Part shown: piece by piece, positions 26,818 to 41,172 of the stretch
Layout of the letters: each line of letters starts with the position of its first letter
How positions within the stretch are numbered: the first letter of the stretch is position 1
NCBI GenBank assembly: GCA_951406725.2
Contig: OX597815.1
Coordinates: 69,750,001 to 69,814,000, forward strand
DNA length: 64,000 nt
Direction: 5' to 3'
From: Octopus vulgaris
Lineage: Eukaryota
Translations under genes and position numbers: made by a program
The notes under the pieces: model-generated
What the model saw: only the letters and a program-made list of their open reading frames with translations
What the model was told of the DNA's origin: nothing
Database searches by the model: none

Positions 26818-27467
26818 AAACGTCTTACCTCATTACTATGTTTTTGCGCGTTTGATTAGAAAATTTCTTGATGAAACTTCAAGTATTCAACAGGTTTTGA
26901 CAGCAATAATAAAATAATGGAAGTTCAAATGTTCGATGAATTACATGATAATAATGTATGATAGAAATTTGGAAGGTAAGTAGGTTTCCAAAGCAATACG
27001 TTATGTTAACAATTAGATATGACGAAGATTTTAAAGAATAAGAAAATAATGTATGACAAGTTCTGTCGTGTTGCCTGAAGGGAAAATCCTATCAAACTTT
27101 TTTAACGTTTTATCGCAATGGAATTTTCTCCTGAGCATTCTTTTCTCATTGAGACTTTATCGTGTTTCTTATCTTTTATTTTACCATTGAAAAACAAAAC
27201 CGCTTTTGAAACCTGTATATATTTTAATAAATTTTTAAAATTAAAAAAAACTACAGTTTATATTAAGACCCAGATGCATTTTCAATCCCCAAAATAATTC
27301 CTATGTATGTATGTATGTATGTATGTATGTATGTATGTATGTATGTATGTATGTATGTATGTATGTATGTATGCATGTATGTATGTATGTATGTATGTAT
27401 GTATATATATATATATGAGAGAGAGGGGGAGACATATATACACGTAGTCACACACGCACACACACTT

Positions 27468-27519
<52 letters not shown>

Positions 27520-27904
27520 GCACTATTTTAATAAGGCAGTGCTGCAGCATGGCCGAAGTCAAATGACTGAAACAAATAAAAGAATAAAAGAATATATACG
27601 CTTATATGTGCCTGTGAGAGTACATAGTTGGTTTAATGTTTACTAAAATACTGAACATCATGTGTTTTCTTTATTGATTATGTATATTGATATTTATTTC
27701 ATTATATATTTGGCTAATCTTTTGAGTATATATATTTATTTGATTAGTTTGTATAATTTCCTTCATTATATTTCTGATTTTACTGAAATATACAAATAAG
27801 GAAAGAATAAATTATTTTATATCATCCGCACCACTTGAAACCGCTTACCAACTTTCTGAAGATTAGATTCTTAACCGTGGTATGTTATTAGCCAATTTAA
27901 ATCT

Positions 27905-28750
27905 GATACAATTTCTGCACAATGTTCATGACCCAACCTCATTCCAGGATCTCAAATCAGTTGCTTGATTTGTATGTCTGTCCAATATACTGCGAAGTTT
28001 ACCCGAGATGTCACTTAGAAGACGATCTGACTGGAATAGTTGTTTGGAAGAAGCTGCAGCCCCGCATTCACCAAGTAAGATGTGGAGCTATTTTGTTATG
28101 ATTTTCTGTCCCTGGTCACCATCCAATCGTCGGCAACTTTGGTATATTCAGCAGAAGAGTATGACGGAAGATATACTGTAACAAACACGAGTTTCGAAAT
28201 CCCTGCACCTAAGATTTACTTCAGCTATGTAAACTAACTTACAATAGCAAACATTGATTTTCACAGAGAATACTGGACAGTCCATGGCTTGAAGAAGATT
28301 TTGAACAGTGAGGACAGCTTCTGTACGAGCTGAAGCTGCAACTCTCATTTAAGAGATTCTTCAAACAACCAACTATGACATTCCTGGACAGTATGTCCAC
28401 CAGTATTACTTCTGATTCCAGGTTAGAAAAATTGCTCATACAAAGATCAGTTAATTAAGGTCAACAGGCTTGGAAGAAATAGTTCTTCCTTGATGCTTCT
28501 AGTGGAACAGGCAGAACTTTTTGGTCAACCAAATTTCTGCTAAATTTTCGTCCCTTCAAGCAAATTGCTTTTGCAGTGGTTTCATTAAGAATTGCTGCAA
28601 CTTTACTCACGACTATCAAGACTACTTGCTTTGCTTTTAAACTGCCACACATGCAATGCCAATTCTGTATGCAATATTGGTAAAGGATCTGAGGAAACAG
28701 GGATTCTGGTGAAGGCCAAACCGAACGTATGAGAGCAACATGTTTCACAG
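27905..28750 (+). pseudogene. Degraded Helitron RepHel (PIF1-like helicase) fragment
   Basis: Broken translation FLHNVHDPTSFQDLK...WNSCLEEAA...FFLDASSGTGRTF (Walker A, cf. FLDAPGGTGKT)...KQIAFAVVSLRIAATLL...FAFKLP...CNIGKGS. Confidence 0.8.
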
Positions 28751-30879
28751 AACTTTCATCTGAGACTCTCGGTTAAAGAATAGATTATTTCCTACCTTTC
28801 CATAGTATTTGAAACTGTGTACAAATTTTTCAAAGATATGATTTTTAAATGATGAATTTGTTAATAACTACAGGGCTCCAGAATATACTATACAAAACAC
28901 ACGTGCGTATATGTGATGAGAAAGAGAGATGGAAGGAGAGGGAGGAGGAGGAATAGTTGACAAAACAAGGTAATTAAAGAGAAAATGAAAGAATAAGAAA
29001 ACCTTATTTTGATGTCAGAAATTGACAACTTTCTTTTCCTTCGCACAAATAATTCTCTGCTCCCACGCTATTATCGCTATCAAAATCTCTTTTCCTGAAT
29101 CCTTCAGATTTTACTTCAGATGGGAATCGAAACCAAGAATTTTTTCCCGTATACTTTCTTTTGAAATGATTTTAGGCCTGTGTGCAAAGTTTGGAAAAGG
29201 TTCGTTCAGAAATGACAGGGTTGTTCCTAAAAATAATCTACCAAATACGTATATATGTCTTTCGATCATTTAAATCTCATCAGAATTAATACAATGCTTA
29301 GTGTTATAGATAAGATTTAGAAAAGAAGTAGCAACAGAGAGAAATAGATAAAAAAAAGGCGATTATGAAAGACATCAGCACCGACATGCTATCGGCAATA
29401 ATTGCGACCCTGCTTCCCCGATAATTTCTTTCATTGCGAAACAAATATATGCGTGTTTGCATTTGTATACATACATATATTTATGTGTGTGTATACATAC
29501 ATTTATATGTATGTACACCCAAACACACACATATATCCATCTGATATACATATATATGCACATACACATCACGAGTAATTCATGAATTATTTTTGCTTCT
29601 TAATCTTAATTAACCTTCTTCTTCTTCTTCTTCTTCTTCTTCTTCTTCTTCTTCTTCATTATTTTTTTGTTGCTTTGTATTATTGTTGCTATACACTAAT
29701 GGTTGAGACCTCTGAAATTATAGATATGAGTATATATGTACGTGTATACGTGGTTGTACATTCATATATGTGTCTGCATACAGGCCTGTTTATATATGCG
29801 CCCTCCACACACACACACACACACGCACACACCTAGAAAACTTATATTTGTTTTTCAGTGGAAGAGGGCTTTGGCGCCGAGCACTTCTGATGAATCTAGC
29901 CAACACACACACTCGTGTACACGTGTATAATTATAGGTTATATCAACAGTAGCGTGAGAAGACGAGATATCGTTGAGAATCATTGACGATGTCAGACATA
30001 ACATGGACGTTACAGAAATTTCTCTGTTATACCATCAAACAGAGCAAAGGAAAGAGGCGAGGAGCACTCTGTGCGGTCCTCATCCTTCGATGAGCTAGAT
30101 ATAGAAGTCAAACATCCTGCAAATCACACATTCGTTCAAAAATGGCGTGCGTGTTTCGAAAGAAAACTGACAAATATCGACGCTTATGTATGTATGTATG
30201 TATGTCATTATTCAGTTTTATTTCAAGATTTCTTGCCAATAGAGAAAGAGCCGGTTTCTAACCTAGCTCCAAGGTTCCTTGGAATTTCAACATCAACAAC
30301 AGGGTATGTATGTATGTATCTATGTGTGTATGTGTGTATGTATGTATGTATGTATGTATGTATGTATGTATGTATGTATGTATGTATGTATGTGTGTATG
30401 TGTGTATGTGTGTGTACAAGACATTGTAGATCTTTGGCTGGGCTAAAAAGTAACATTCGATCACAGCACCAGTAACAGTTAAGCTTCGTGCAATGGCCAT
30501 ACTCGATAACGAGGGGGCAGTCATAATAATGTATGTATGTGCTTCGATCATTTTGGTCTCCTCAGAACTAAGAGTGTTATAGGTAAGATTTAAAACCTAT
30601 TTCTTTAGATAGAAACAGGTGTCAAGAAAAGAAGAATACGTTCTGCGAAGAAGTCTTGAATATATAACGAAAGACTGGACAGTCATCTGCATAACCAACT
30701 ACCTACCTATCTTCCTAATTATCTATAAGAAGAGTGCACTCAATTATTAGAAAAGTATTGATTAGCCTCCAGCTGGTTGGTCACCACCTGAGGTATTCCA
30801 AGAGGTCGAAACATTCAGTTGTGATCCAACGATATGAACCTTTAAGAATTACATCACGTTTTCCATTCCATTCATTCAT

Positions 30880-31108
30880 ATTCTTTCGCTTATTTCAGTC
30901 ATTGGATGTGGCTATGCTGTGACACCTCCTTGAAGAATTTTTAGTCGAAGAAATCGACCTCAGTACTTATTTTTAAGCTTGTTACTTATTCTATTGTTAT
31001 CTTTTGCCGAACCGCTGGGTTACGGGAACGTAAAGACAACGACACCGGTTGTCAAGTGGTGATTGGAAACGATTACACACACAAAGACACACGCACACAC
31101 ACAAACGC

Positions 31109-31181
<73 letters not shown>

Positions 31182-31270
31182 ATGTGCTCCTTTTAGTTTT
31201 TGTCTCCACTTGCAAGGCTTTGGTCGGCCCGAGGCTATAGCAGAAGATACTTGCCCATGGTGCCACTCAG
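30880..31270 (-). mobile_element. Family A SINE
   Basis: TTTCAGTCATTGGATGTGGCTATGCTG tail through GGCTATAGCAGAAGATACTTGCCCATGGTGCCAC. Confidence 0.8.
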
Positions 31271-31677
31271 TAAGATGACCAACAAATACTTCAGGAAGTT
31301 TAATGAAAATATTTAATTAAATTAATAAAGAACAATAAAAATTCATTGATATTATATTGATATAGTGGGAATATTTGATGTGAAATAAGTGTTTGGTGAT
31401 TACTAGTTATCGCATTGATATTTGGCTGGAAAGGAGTGAGTTTTAGCCTTAAATTACCCATGCTTTTCAGATTCAGTTACCTAATAATTCAGTACCCTTA
31501 ATGCTAAAAATTGTTTCAGGTGTTTATCGACCCTCTTGGATATCCACATAGATCCCTCGGAACTTAGACCAATCCCGGAGCCAAATTTTCTTTCGTTTTT
31601 TTTCCTTCTTTATTCATTTATTGGTGATGGGATGATGGGAAACTCATCCTACCGCCTCTTTCTCTGAAACTCTGACT

Positions 31678-32226
31678 CAGTGTTTCTCAACATCTAGTGC
31701 GGCGTTTGGGCGCGTTACCTCCCGCTGGCAGACAAACGAAAGTGCGTACGAGCCGTACTCAGCATCTTGAGCGGTGAGGGGCTCCTTTCATTTGTATATA
31801 CTCAGACGGATCCTCATAGCCATTCGATGTTTAAAAAATTTTATTATATTTTTATAATTAAATATAACGTTTATGTATTTGTTTTGCAAGATTCCTGGTG
31901 TGAAATCATGTGTTGGAACAAATATTGTTATATTTCGAGACGGTTATTTTCCTTTTTAACTTTTGCCAAATACACACGTGTAGTTTCGTTCTTCAATTCA
32001 GATTTATTATTGTTCTTATTTTATGTCCTTTGTCAGGAAATCTTTCGTCACATATTCTGTGACTTCTTCATCGACTCTCCAGCCCACATGTCTTTTCCCG
32101 TTCTGTTTAGTCCATTCTAAATATTATTAGGAACTGTATAAAAAAAATCTGTTAATAAATAAATTTCGACAACATACTCTTATATGGACTCACAAGGATC
32201 ATGTGGACACTGGTTGAGAAATACTG
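31678..32226. mobile_element. hAT-type MITE with a nested PLE-like repeat
   Basis: TIRs CAGTGTTTCTCAAC / GTTGAGAAATACTG; 8-bp TSD CTCTGACT / CTCTAACT (7 of 8 identical). Confidence 0.75.
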
Positions 32227-32444
32227 CTCTAACTGAAGACAACGATTGGTTAATAGAAATTTCACGTAGCAATCACAGCTAATTATTTTGTTTTATGTTT
32301 TACTATGTATCTTTTCCTTTTCCCTGTTATATTTGTTCCAGTTATTAGATTGCGGCCATCGTGGGACACAGCTTTAGAAATGACGCGCAGATGGATTGAA
32401 CTCAAGAACACACAACCACACCTAATTAATTTTTTTCATTTTAC

Positions 32445-32511
<67 letters not shown>

Positions 32512-32677
32512 GTGTGTGTGTGTGGAGGGGAACCATGTTTTATGATTATAAACTTCAACGGCCATGTTGAAGTGTGTTACTAAAACCACATCTGTCGTCT
32601 TATTTCATACGTGTGTGTGCGTGTGTGCGAGAGCGTGCGCGCGCACACGTGTGATTATATGTGTGCGCATATATATG

Positions 32678-32734
<57 letters not shown>

Positions 32735-32935
32735 TAAGAAAAAGGAGGCAGTTAGAATTTTGTATAATTCAGCCTCCTTTTTCTTAATATATAATATCTG
32801 TACATCACTTCAAACACTCTATACATACATACATCACTTCAAACACTCTATACATACATACATACATATCATACATACATACATACATACATACATACAT
32901 ACATACATGCATACATACATACATACATACATACA

Positions 32936-33052
32936 TAGGTAGGTAGGTAGGTATGTAGGTAGAGAGGTAGGTAGGTAGGGAGGTAGGTAGGTAGGTAGGT
33001 AGGTAGGTAGGTAGGTAGGTAGGTAGGTAGGTAGGTAGGTAGGTAGGTAGGT
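32936..33052. repeat. (TAGG)n microsatellite abutting (CATA)n
   Basis: Direct reading. Confidence 0.9.
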
Positions 33053-34037
33053 ATGCATTAGTTTCTTTACATTCGGGTACGAATGTCTATGTGTAACAGA
33101 AAATTGGAATTTGGCAAGTCATGAACTGGAATGGCTTCTTCTGAAAGAAGAATCTATGTTATACATTTATATTTTGGTGTGGTTAGAAATTATTGTGGTA
33201 TACGACATGGAAGCCATATTAACTCATCGACTTTTAACCAGAAACCGACTCATTTACCATAGTAATGTATTTACATAGGGTGCCAGTGGTGGTGGTTATG
33301 ACGGGAATGTCTTTGGTAAAATACTGGACAAAAAGATCGGAAATGTAGGTGGCCAAAAGGTTGAGAGGTCGGCGGTTCGTGCCCTTTACCAGCTGGGCTT
33401 CATTTGTTGTTTTAGGTGCTAAAGTAAGGTTGGAAGGATCTTTGATATGTCGGACAGAAGGCAAGGAGATTGTTTTTTTCGGTTCTTTACTTTCTTAGTT
33501 CAAATTACACCAAGGTTAATGTTACCTTTCATTTTTTTAGGGGTCGATAAAATAAAGTACCAGCCAAGTACTGGTGTCGATGCAATCGACTCACTGATCT
33601 GTGTCTGAATACTAGTCTTCCTATTCACCCAACCAATCGAACTTTCTTTTCACAAGATGTTACATGTTTATCAATAATTTCTCATTGGTCTGCGCGAATG
33701 GGACCAATCGAAGTTTCACACAAACACCACAAAAAAAGCAATGGTTACATATATGTGTGTATGCATTCGTGCGTAAGTTTGTACTTCATATATATATATG
33801 GCAGAAACATCTGCATTGGTTCAAACAATATGGGAGAAACAACACAGAAGTCATATCTAGTCAATTCTTGAGTATGTGACTGTGAAGGTTTGGAAACGTT
33901 GGATATCGATTTAAGAACTTTATTGTTCCAAACCAACTGTAAAAAATGAGAATGAGAAAATATGAAAAATCTAAAATGAAAAGGATGAAACATGAACACT
34001 GTCGTTTATTTAATGAAACTCACATCCACACACCCAC

Positions 34038-34080
<43 letters not shown>

Positions 34081-34308
34081 TTCTATATTTCACCATCTGT
34101 GTATCAAGCTAAATGTATAAACAGCGTTGAAAGGCATGACGCTGTGGTTTTTCTCGAGCGAAAAGTTTTTCATAGATATGTTGTCTTAAAAACGCAAGAT
34201 CTATATATTTGAGCGAGGCAAACCTTACTGCAGTATTGACTCGCGAGAACGACAGATGCATTTCTTCCATTTCGGGGATTCTCAATGCTATATACCAATT
34301 TATTATTG

Positions 34309-34550
34309 TGGAGGTGGCGTAGTGATTAGGGTGTTGGACTCATGATTGTAAGACGGTGGTTTCGATTCCTGGAGCGGGCGACGCATTGTGTTCTTGAGCA
34401 AAACACTGCATTTCACGTTGCTCCAGTCCACTCAGCTGACAAAAATAAGTAATACTATGAGAGACCAGCGTCCCGCCCAGCTTGGGAATTCATACGCCAT
34501 GAAACCGGGAAACCGGCCCTTATGTGTCGGTAAGACTCGTGAACATAACT
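34309..34550 (+). mobile_element. SINE family B variant
   Basis: GGAGGTGGCGTAGTGATTAGGG...GGTTTCGATTCCTGG...TTGCTCCAGTCCACTCAGCTG. Confidence 0.75.
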
Positions 34551-35464
34551 TTACCTTTTTTTTTATTATTTGTCATTTGCTCAAGCGAAATTCGTGCTTC
34601 GATGTATTTGGGAAACAATTAGTGAGTAAACTTAAAAACAACTAATTACAAAATGATAGCAAAAGGCTACTAATTTACTTGTGTATTATTCAAAAAATAT
34701 TTCAATTGGACTTTCATCCTTTTGGGATCGATAAAATAAAGTACCAGTGAAGTATTGGGTTCGATGGCATCGACTAACAACATCAGTAGCATTCTCCTCA
34801 CCTTCTGAACATTACTGCTTCAAGTCCTAGGACTCATAAAGCCGGTTACTCGATTTCCATAATGTATAAGTGACCGAAAACACAACATTCTCCATGAATG
34901 ATTGTCATTACAGGGTAACTCAACGTCGAGGGTTATTCCAGATACAGTAGGACAACTATCTCTGGTGCCAAGTCTTTGTCTTTCCCTTGAATAACATCGG
35001 TGGTGTGGAGAGAGGAAGCTGCTATACATCGGCGACTACCTTGCCCGGACTTGTACTTCGGAGAGTAACTTTTTAAGTGCAATTCCATGGTCATTCATGA
35101 ACAAAAAGGATCTTTTAGTTACACTAAATTTACATACTTACCTTATAAGGTTTCTTGACTCACAGTATATATTATTTATTATTACATTATTTATTTCCTC
35201 CCTATATTATAATTCGCACTCTTCTAACCTGATGAAAAATTATATGTTATTTAATAATACAATTTGGTCCTTGCATTGCATCTGGCTTTCATCATTCCTT
35301 ACCAGTGGTATTCCCTGCTTCCTTATCCCTCTGTGCTTTATGATTATGTGTGTGAATGTGTCTGTGTATATGTGTGTATATATATCGGCATGTATCGATA
35401 CGTAATTAAATGTATGGGTATATGCGGATACACGGCAGCGTATGTTTGTGTATCCGCGTTCATG

Positions 35465-35520
<56 letters not shown>

Positions 35521-35994
35521 GATATACATATACATATATGGGTACAGAGCGTCACCAACTGTAAACAACATGAAATACGTAAACAAGCGAGTTAAATACG
35601 CAAACAACGAGAAAAAAATTGAAAACAGGACAAGTAACACAAAGAACGACCCTTCAACAGTTGTCGGCTGTCTATCTACTCCTCATTTCGAGCATTGAAC
35701 GACAATATGAGTCTTCGAAGACAGTTGCTCCCATAACTTCTAAAATAAGTTTAGGATTTTATGGAGGGTCCAAGTTGGGAACGAAAACAGGACAGTGGAG
35801 ACATACAACGAAACCGAACGAAAACAGACAAGGAGGGTCGTTAGATCAGAACGAGGGGAAAATAGTGAATGCTGGAAGAAATATTTTCTTTGAAAAGAGA
35901 AAAGATAGAAGAGAGAGATAGAATATGCCCAGTCCTTAGAATGTCCGTGCAGGAAAAGGAAGGTGGTCACATGAGGAAAAAATATATATATATA

Positions 35995-36190
35995 TATATT
36001 GTTGTATTTGGGGATGATCACGTTTTTTTTTTTTTTTTTGCCAAATAGACCCACGTACTATATATTCGTTCTTTATTCGTTTATTACTGTTCTTATTTTT
36101 ACTCATGTCCATTGTCCGGAAATCTTTCGTCTCACATCTGTGACCTCTTCAGCGACACTTTCCGTCCTCGTGTGTGCTCCTACTCCGCTT
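35995..36190 (-). mobile_element. PLE pLTR-like repeat with a hammerhead motif
   Basis: Reverse complement TGTCG-CTGAAGA-G-GTCACAGATGTGAGAC-GAAA-GATT-TC-CGGACA; paralog at about 31890-32110. Confidence 0.6.
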
Positions 36191-37573
36191 AGTCCATCCA
36201 TTCTCTTGAATCTTGCACTCACGATCGTCAAATTGCAATTTCGAATCTCAAACCAGATGGCACGTAATGTTTTTGGAGCAAGAACATTTCATTTCACGTT
36301 GCTCCAGTCCACTCAGCTTTAAATGGGCTCCAGCAATAGTTGGGAAGTTAAGCTTGTGAGGGGCCAGCGTTCCAATCAAAAGGGGGTATAGTAATCTCAC
36401 TCCTTCATACATAGTAGAAACTGGATTACGTTCTGGCCTTGTGAATCCTAGGGCTCATGACATAGCTAATTCTATCGTACTTCCTTTTCTTTCTTTATTC
36501 TTACTTTTTGTTGTTTTTGTTTTCCTTCAGTTTCTCCGCATCTCTGTTTTCTTTCTTTTCTTTGTCTTTACATTTTAATATTCCTTCCAATCTTTCTGTT
36601 TTTTACTTTTCTTTGCTTCTCTTCTTTTTAAGTTTTCTTATTACATTTCTCTTTCTTATTCCGTTATTGCTCTCACCTTAATCACTTCTTTCTTTTCCTA
36701 ACAGCTTTCTGTCTGTCATTCTTTATTTTATTCTCTTACTCTTTTTTTTTCTTCCACCTTGTCTTTTTCTTTCTTCTTTCACTGCTTTTCTTTCCATTGC
36801 TCCCGTTGCTTTCTATTCTCTTTCTTTCTTTCATGCTTTCTCTCATTCATTCTTTCTTTCTTCCTCTGATTCTTTTACAATCATTCCGACCATCTTTTTT
36901 CTATCCACATTTTTTTCTTTCTTTCTTTCTTTCTTTCTTCCTTTTTTTCTTTCTTTCCTCTTAAAGTCTTTCCTTCTCTCCTTCTTCCCGTTATTTCTTT
37001 CAGCATGTCTTTCATATCTTTTTTTCTCTCCGTCTTTTTGCATTACATTCATTTCATTCTGTCACTCAATCATTCTTTCCTTGTATTATCTCTTTCATTC
37101 AACATACTTTTTTTTTATCTATCGTCCATTTTCTTACAATTTCTCGTGTTTCTAACCTTCTGTTTATCACACTCTACCTATTTCTGTCTTTCTCTACTTC
37201 TCTCTAGTGTTTCGTTCTTATTTTTTCATTTATAGTTTTTTCGTTATTCAATTCTTTATTTGTTTTATTTGTTTTTGCCTTTCATTTCCTTTTATTTCTG
37301 TCTCGTTTTCTTCTTTTATTCACACCTTTTGTTTTATTTTTCTTTACGATTTCTTTCAATTATTCCCTGCAATCTTTCATTCGTGTGTGTCTATTGTTTT
37401 TATTCTGCTTATTATATATGTTGGTTTTTGTTTTTCATTCCTCATTTCCTTCTACTGTCAAAGACCTACAGATAATCAATGATATAAAGAAAGAGAATCG
37501 GTAAGACAAAAGGAGTGAGCGAAAGGAAGAGCGAAACAGATACAGAGTGAGATGCGGAGAAAGAAAGCAAGCG

Positions 37574-37663
<90 letters not shown>

Positions 37664-38267
37664 GGACAGGGGAAAGAGAGGGCGATTGAGAAGAGACAAT
37701 AGTTATACATATGACTTGTAGAGAGGCAAATACAAGGGAGTTATTTAGGAAGACAAGTTGAGAAGTAAATAGAAATGGTAGGAGACAAAACGACAGCCAG
37801 ACAGACAGAGATTCACAGTCAGACATAGATATAGAGAGGTACAGAGACATACTGACAGAAAGAACTGGGAAGAAGCAAAGAGAGAAGGAAGACAAACGAT
37901 GAACATACAGAGAGAGGCAGACGACAGAGACAGGGAAATAGGGAAAAAGAGAGGGGGAAGTAAATGACAAATAGGAAAGGAAACAGAATTAGATATACAA
38001 ATAGTAAGTGAGAAAGAGAGAGAGGGGAGCAGACATATTGGCACACATACAAAGACAGAGTGAAAGACAAGCAGATATAAACAGAAATAAAGAAAAGTAA
38101 GGAAAGAAAAACAACAAAATAAATCAAATAGAGAGAGAAAGAATGAGAGGGAAGGAAACTTGGTGAGATATGAAGGGGAGAGACTAATGATAGAGTGAGA
38201 AGCAGACAACATAGACAGACTGAATAACAGCCAACGAGAAAAAGAATGCATGAGTGTGAGTGAGTGA

Positions 38268-38355
<88 letters not shown>

Positions 38356-38508
38356 TATTGAGAGAAAGATATGCAAAAAAGCAAACAAGCAAAGATGGTG
38401 GTTTGATGGTTAAATGACGTAGAGAAGGTGGGAATAAAAGCAAACATACGTTTTATAAGAAATATATAGAAGCGGATTGTGAAATAGCAAAAGATAGGGT
38501 ACGAGACA

Positions 38509-38567
<59 letters not shown>

Positions 38568-39902
38568 GGAAACAAATGAGAAAATATAAAGGGGAAAAGA
38601 ATGGGATGAGAGTTGGAAGGAATGGGACAAAGACTTAGTAGACAGTGATATTGCGCGGAGGAACCAGAGTGAGAAATGGGGAGTGAGTGAGAGAGAGAGA
38701 GAGAGAGAGAGAATGGATAGACTAAAAGAAACTAAAACTGGGAATTGGAAACTCAGAGACAGCAGAGTAGGGAGTAAATGGTAAGGAAGAATTGTATTGA
38801 AATGGAGAGAAGTAAAAAAAGAGATAACAAAACTGGAGCTTGGATAGAGAAAATTGATAGGACATAAAACAAGTTAGGGAGAAAGAGATAGATACATATA
38901 GAAACATGGGTTAGAGGATATTTAGGTAAAGACAAATATATAGACAGAGAGGTAATGTAGGAGGGGTGCGGAATAGGAAGATAGAAATCGATATAAACAC
39001 AGACTGAAAATTGAAAACTGAAACCGATATTACAGTGTGATACAGAAGACAGAGAAAGTGTGACGCTAGAAGGCAAGAATAGGTAAAAAAAAAAAAAAAA
39101 AACTGATAGAATGTGTGTAAGGCAGGAAGAGAAACAAATAGATATTGGTTTAAATGAGGCACAAAGCCAATAATTTTGAGCGAGATAAGTAGACATATTT
39201 AAATGCACAAATGCATTTCTATACTATAATAAAAAAAGTAGCGCATCAATTACTTTATGAGTATATGACTTTTACTAAAAGAAATCAATTATTATAGTCT
39301 GCACTGTCTAGAAATTTCTTATAGATTTCAATTTTAATATATTTTAAAATCAAATGTGATTTTCAAGCTCTTTTTCCTTTTTTTTTTTTAATTAAAGGTT
39401 TCAATCAGAAAACTAATATTTATTCACTGTGACATAGCTGTCTTACACTGCGTTTTTTATCGTCTCTGTTTACACTTCTGGAAATACAAATTTTGCCTAA
39501 ATATTTTCAACGCTACTTTCTACAGATATATCAGTGAAAGTATTTCACCGAAATATGAGTTTAATCCTGCGTCAGCCAAAGTATGTTGATTCCTTTCATA
39601 TTTGTTGAGTGTTGCTGAAGAAATAAAAATCAAAATAAGTGATTTTAATTTACTTACGTCAAATATAAACTTGCATAATTGTATTACACAAAGAGACAAG
39701 TAGAAACAGCTAAAGATATAAGTACATACGTACACTTGGATGTAAGTACGTAAGGTAGAGAGACATATACAATAAATAGACACAGACATGTATAATTCAC
39801 ATATACGCATGAAAGCATATAGATACACAAATATACATGGATATGCAGATAGAGTAAGAACCGTTAGCTGGTATGCATCGATGATGCATATGTAAGATTA
39901 AA

Positions 39903-40294
39903 TTCAATTACGAATAAAATGCAGCGCTAGTGTTGTAAACACTATCGACCACACAAAACAACAAAAAAAAGAAATTTCATAGCTGCAAATGGTTCTTATA
40001 CTATTCGTATATAGTCAGAGACTGGCGATTCAGTTCTTCCCTCCACCCTGTTCGATTCAGGTACATGATCTTGATAAGCCACAAAAATGGCGAAATATCG
40101 GTATCCATCACTACTGAATGGGATTGGGGGCGAGTTGTCTCTCCTGTCTATAACTTTCAGATGTTTTAACACCCAGAGCTATGAGGGAGTCGTCCCCAAA
40201 GCGCTATCCGCAGCGAACCGGCAAACAAGCAAAACACATACATTGAATATGTGCGGTCGATAATGTTTACAATACTAGCGCTGCTTTGATTCGT

Positions 40295-40303
<9 letters not shown>
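39903..40303. mobile_element. MITE-like element with ~50 bp TIRs
   Basis: ATTCAATTACGAATAAAATGCAGCGCTAGTGTTGTAAACACTATCGACCACA is inverted at 40250-40303. Confidence 0.7.
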
Positions 40304-40355
<52 letters not shown>

Positions 40356-40648
40356 CAATAATAAAGGGTAAATTTATTAATTAATTAATAATTTTGCCAA
40401 GTAGTTTCGGTATGTTAAAAGAACTATTTTCGGTAAACTTAAACAATATTTTTTATAATTCTGAGTATAATTATAATTAGGGTTCAGCAAAAAAATTTGC
40501 CTCACCACATACCGAAATTTAGAAATAACGGGGGAAAAAAAAATAGCTATTTCTCTACTATAAAAAAATCTTCCAGATAACATACTCAAAAACAATCCAC
40601 GTAGGCAAAGAGAAAAAAACAACAACGAATTCATTCGGCATTTGATTA

Positions 40649-40731
40649 ACTGTGGACGCGTTTCGGAGTTTGATAGGTATGAAAAATGCAAAAAACATTT
40701 TCATTCTATCATTCTCGCTCTTCAGCACAGT
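40649..40731 (-). ncRNA. Type I hammerhead ribozyme, canonical core (PLE-type, palindromic stem III)
   Basis: ACUGUG-CUGAAGA-[stem II, G-C closed, long hairpin]-GAAA-CGCG-UC-CACAGU: 6-bp stem I, intact core, GUC cleavage triplet. Confidence 0.8.
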
Positions 40732-40746
40732 ATTTCAAGATTTTAA

Positions 40747-40963
40747 ATTTGAGAGCACTGAAACAAAAATTGAACATACCTATCTGATTCAAGCGACATC
40801 AGACAAACTATACCCAATGACCATTACCAACGAATTAAAAACTGGGAGAATACGAGATCTCATTCGTATGCTTTGAATTCGTTGGTACTGAATATTGGAT
40901 ATAGTTTGTATGATTCGCTTGAATCAGATAGGTATGCTCAATTTTTTTTTCAGTGCTCTCAAA
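40747..40963. repeat. ~215 bp imperfect palindrome
   Basis: ATTTGAGAGCACTGAAAC...ATTCAAGCGA versus TCGCTTGAAT...TCAGTGCTCTCAAAT. Confidence 0.85.
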
Positions 40964-41172
40964 TATCTCAAAATCGAAATATATCTAAATTGCTATGCTC
41001 AGCGTTTATAACCACAATAACAACATGTCTCTTCATTTCTTGAGTAAGCTGAGGGTCTGCCATTATTATTTTCTGAAACAAAGATTATAAAGAGTTAGCA
41101 AAAAATGCAGCAATGACCCAAAAAGAGTACTCCTCAAATACCTTACGCACCCTATACATGTGTCCTTTGTCT

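Noticed and set aside
33234-33464. Possible PLE linker-region peptide (RRPLNLL)
   Set aside because: Similarity too weak to support by eye
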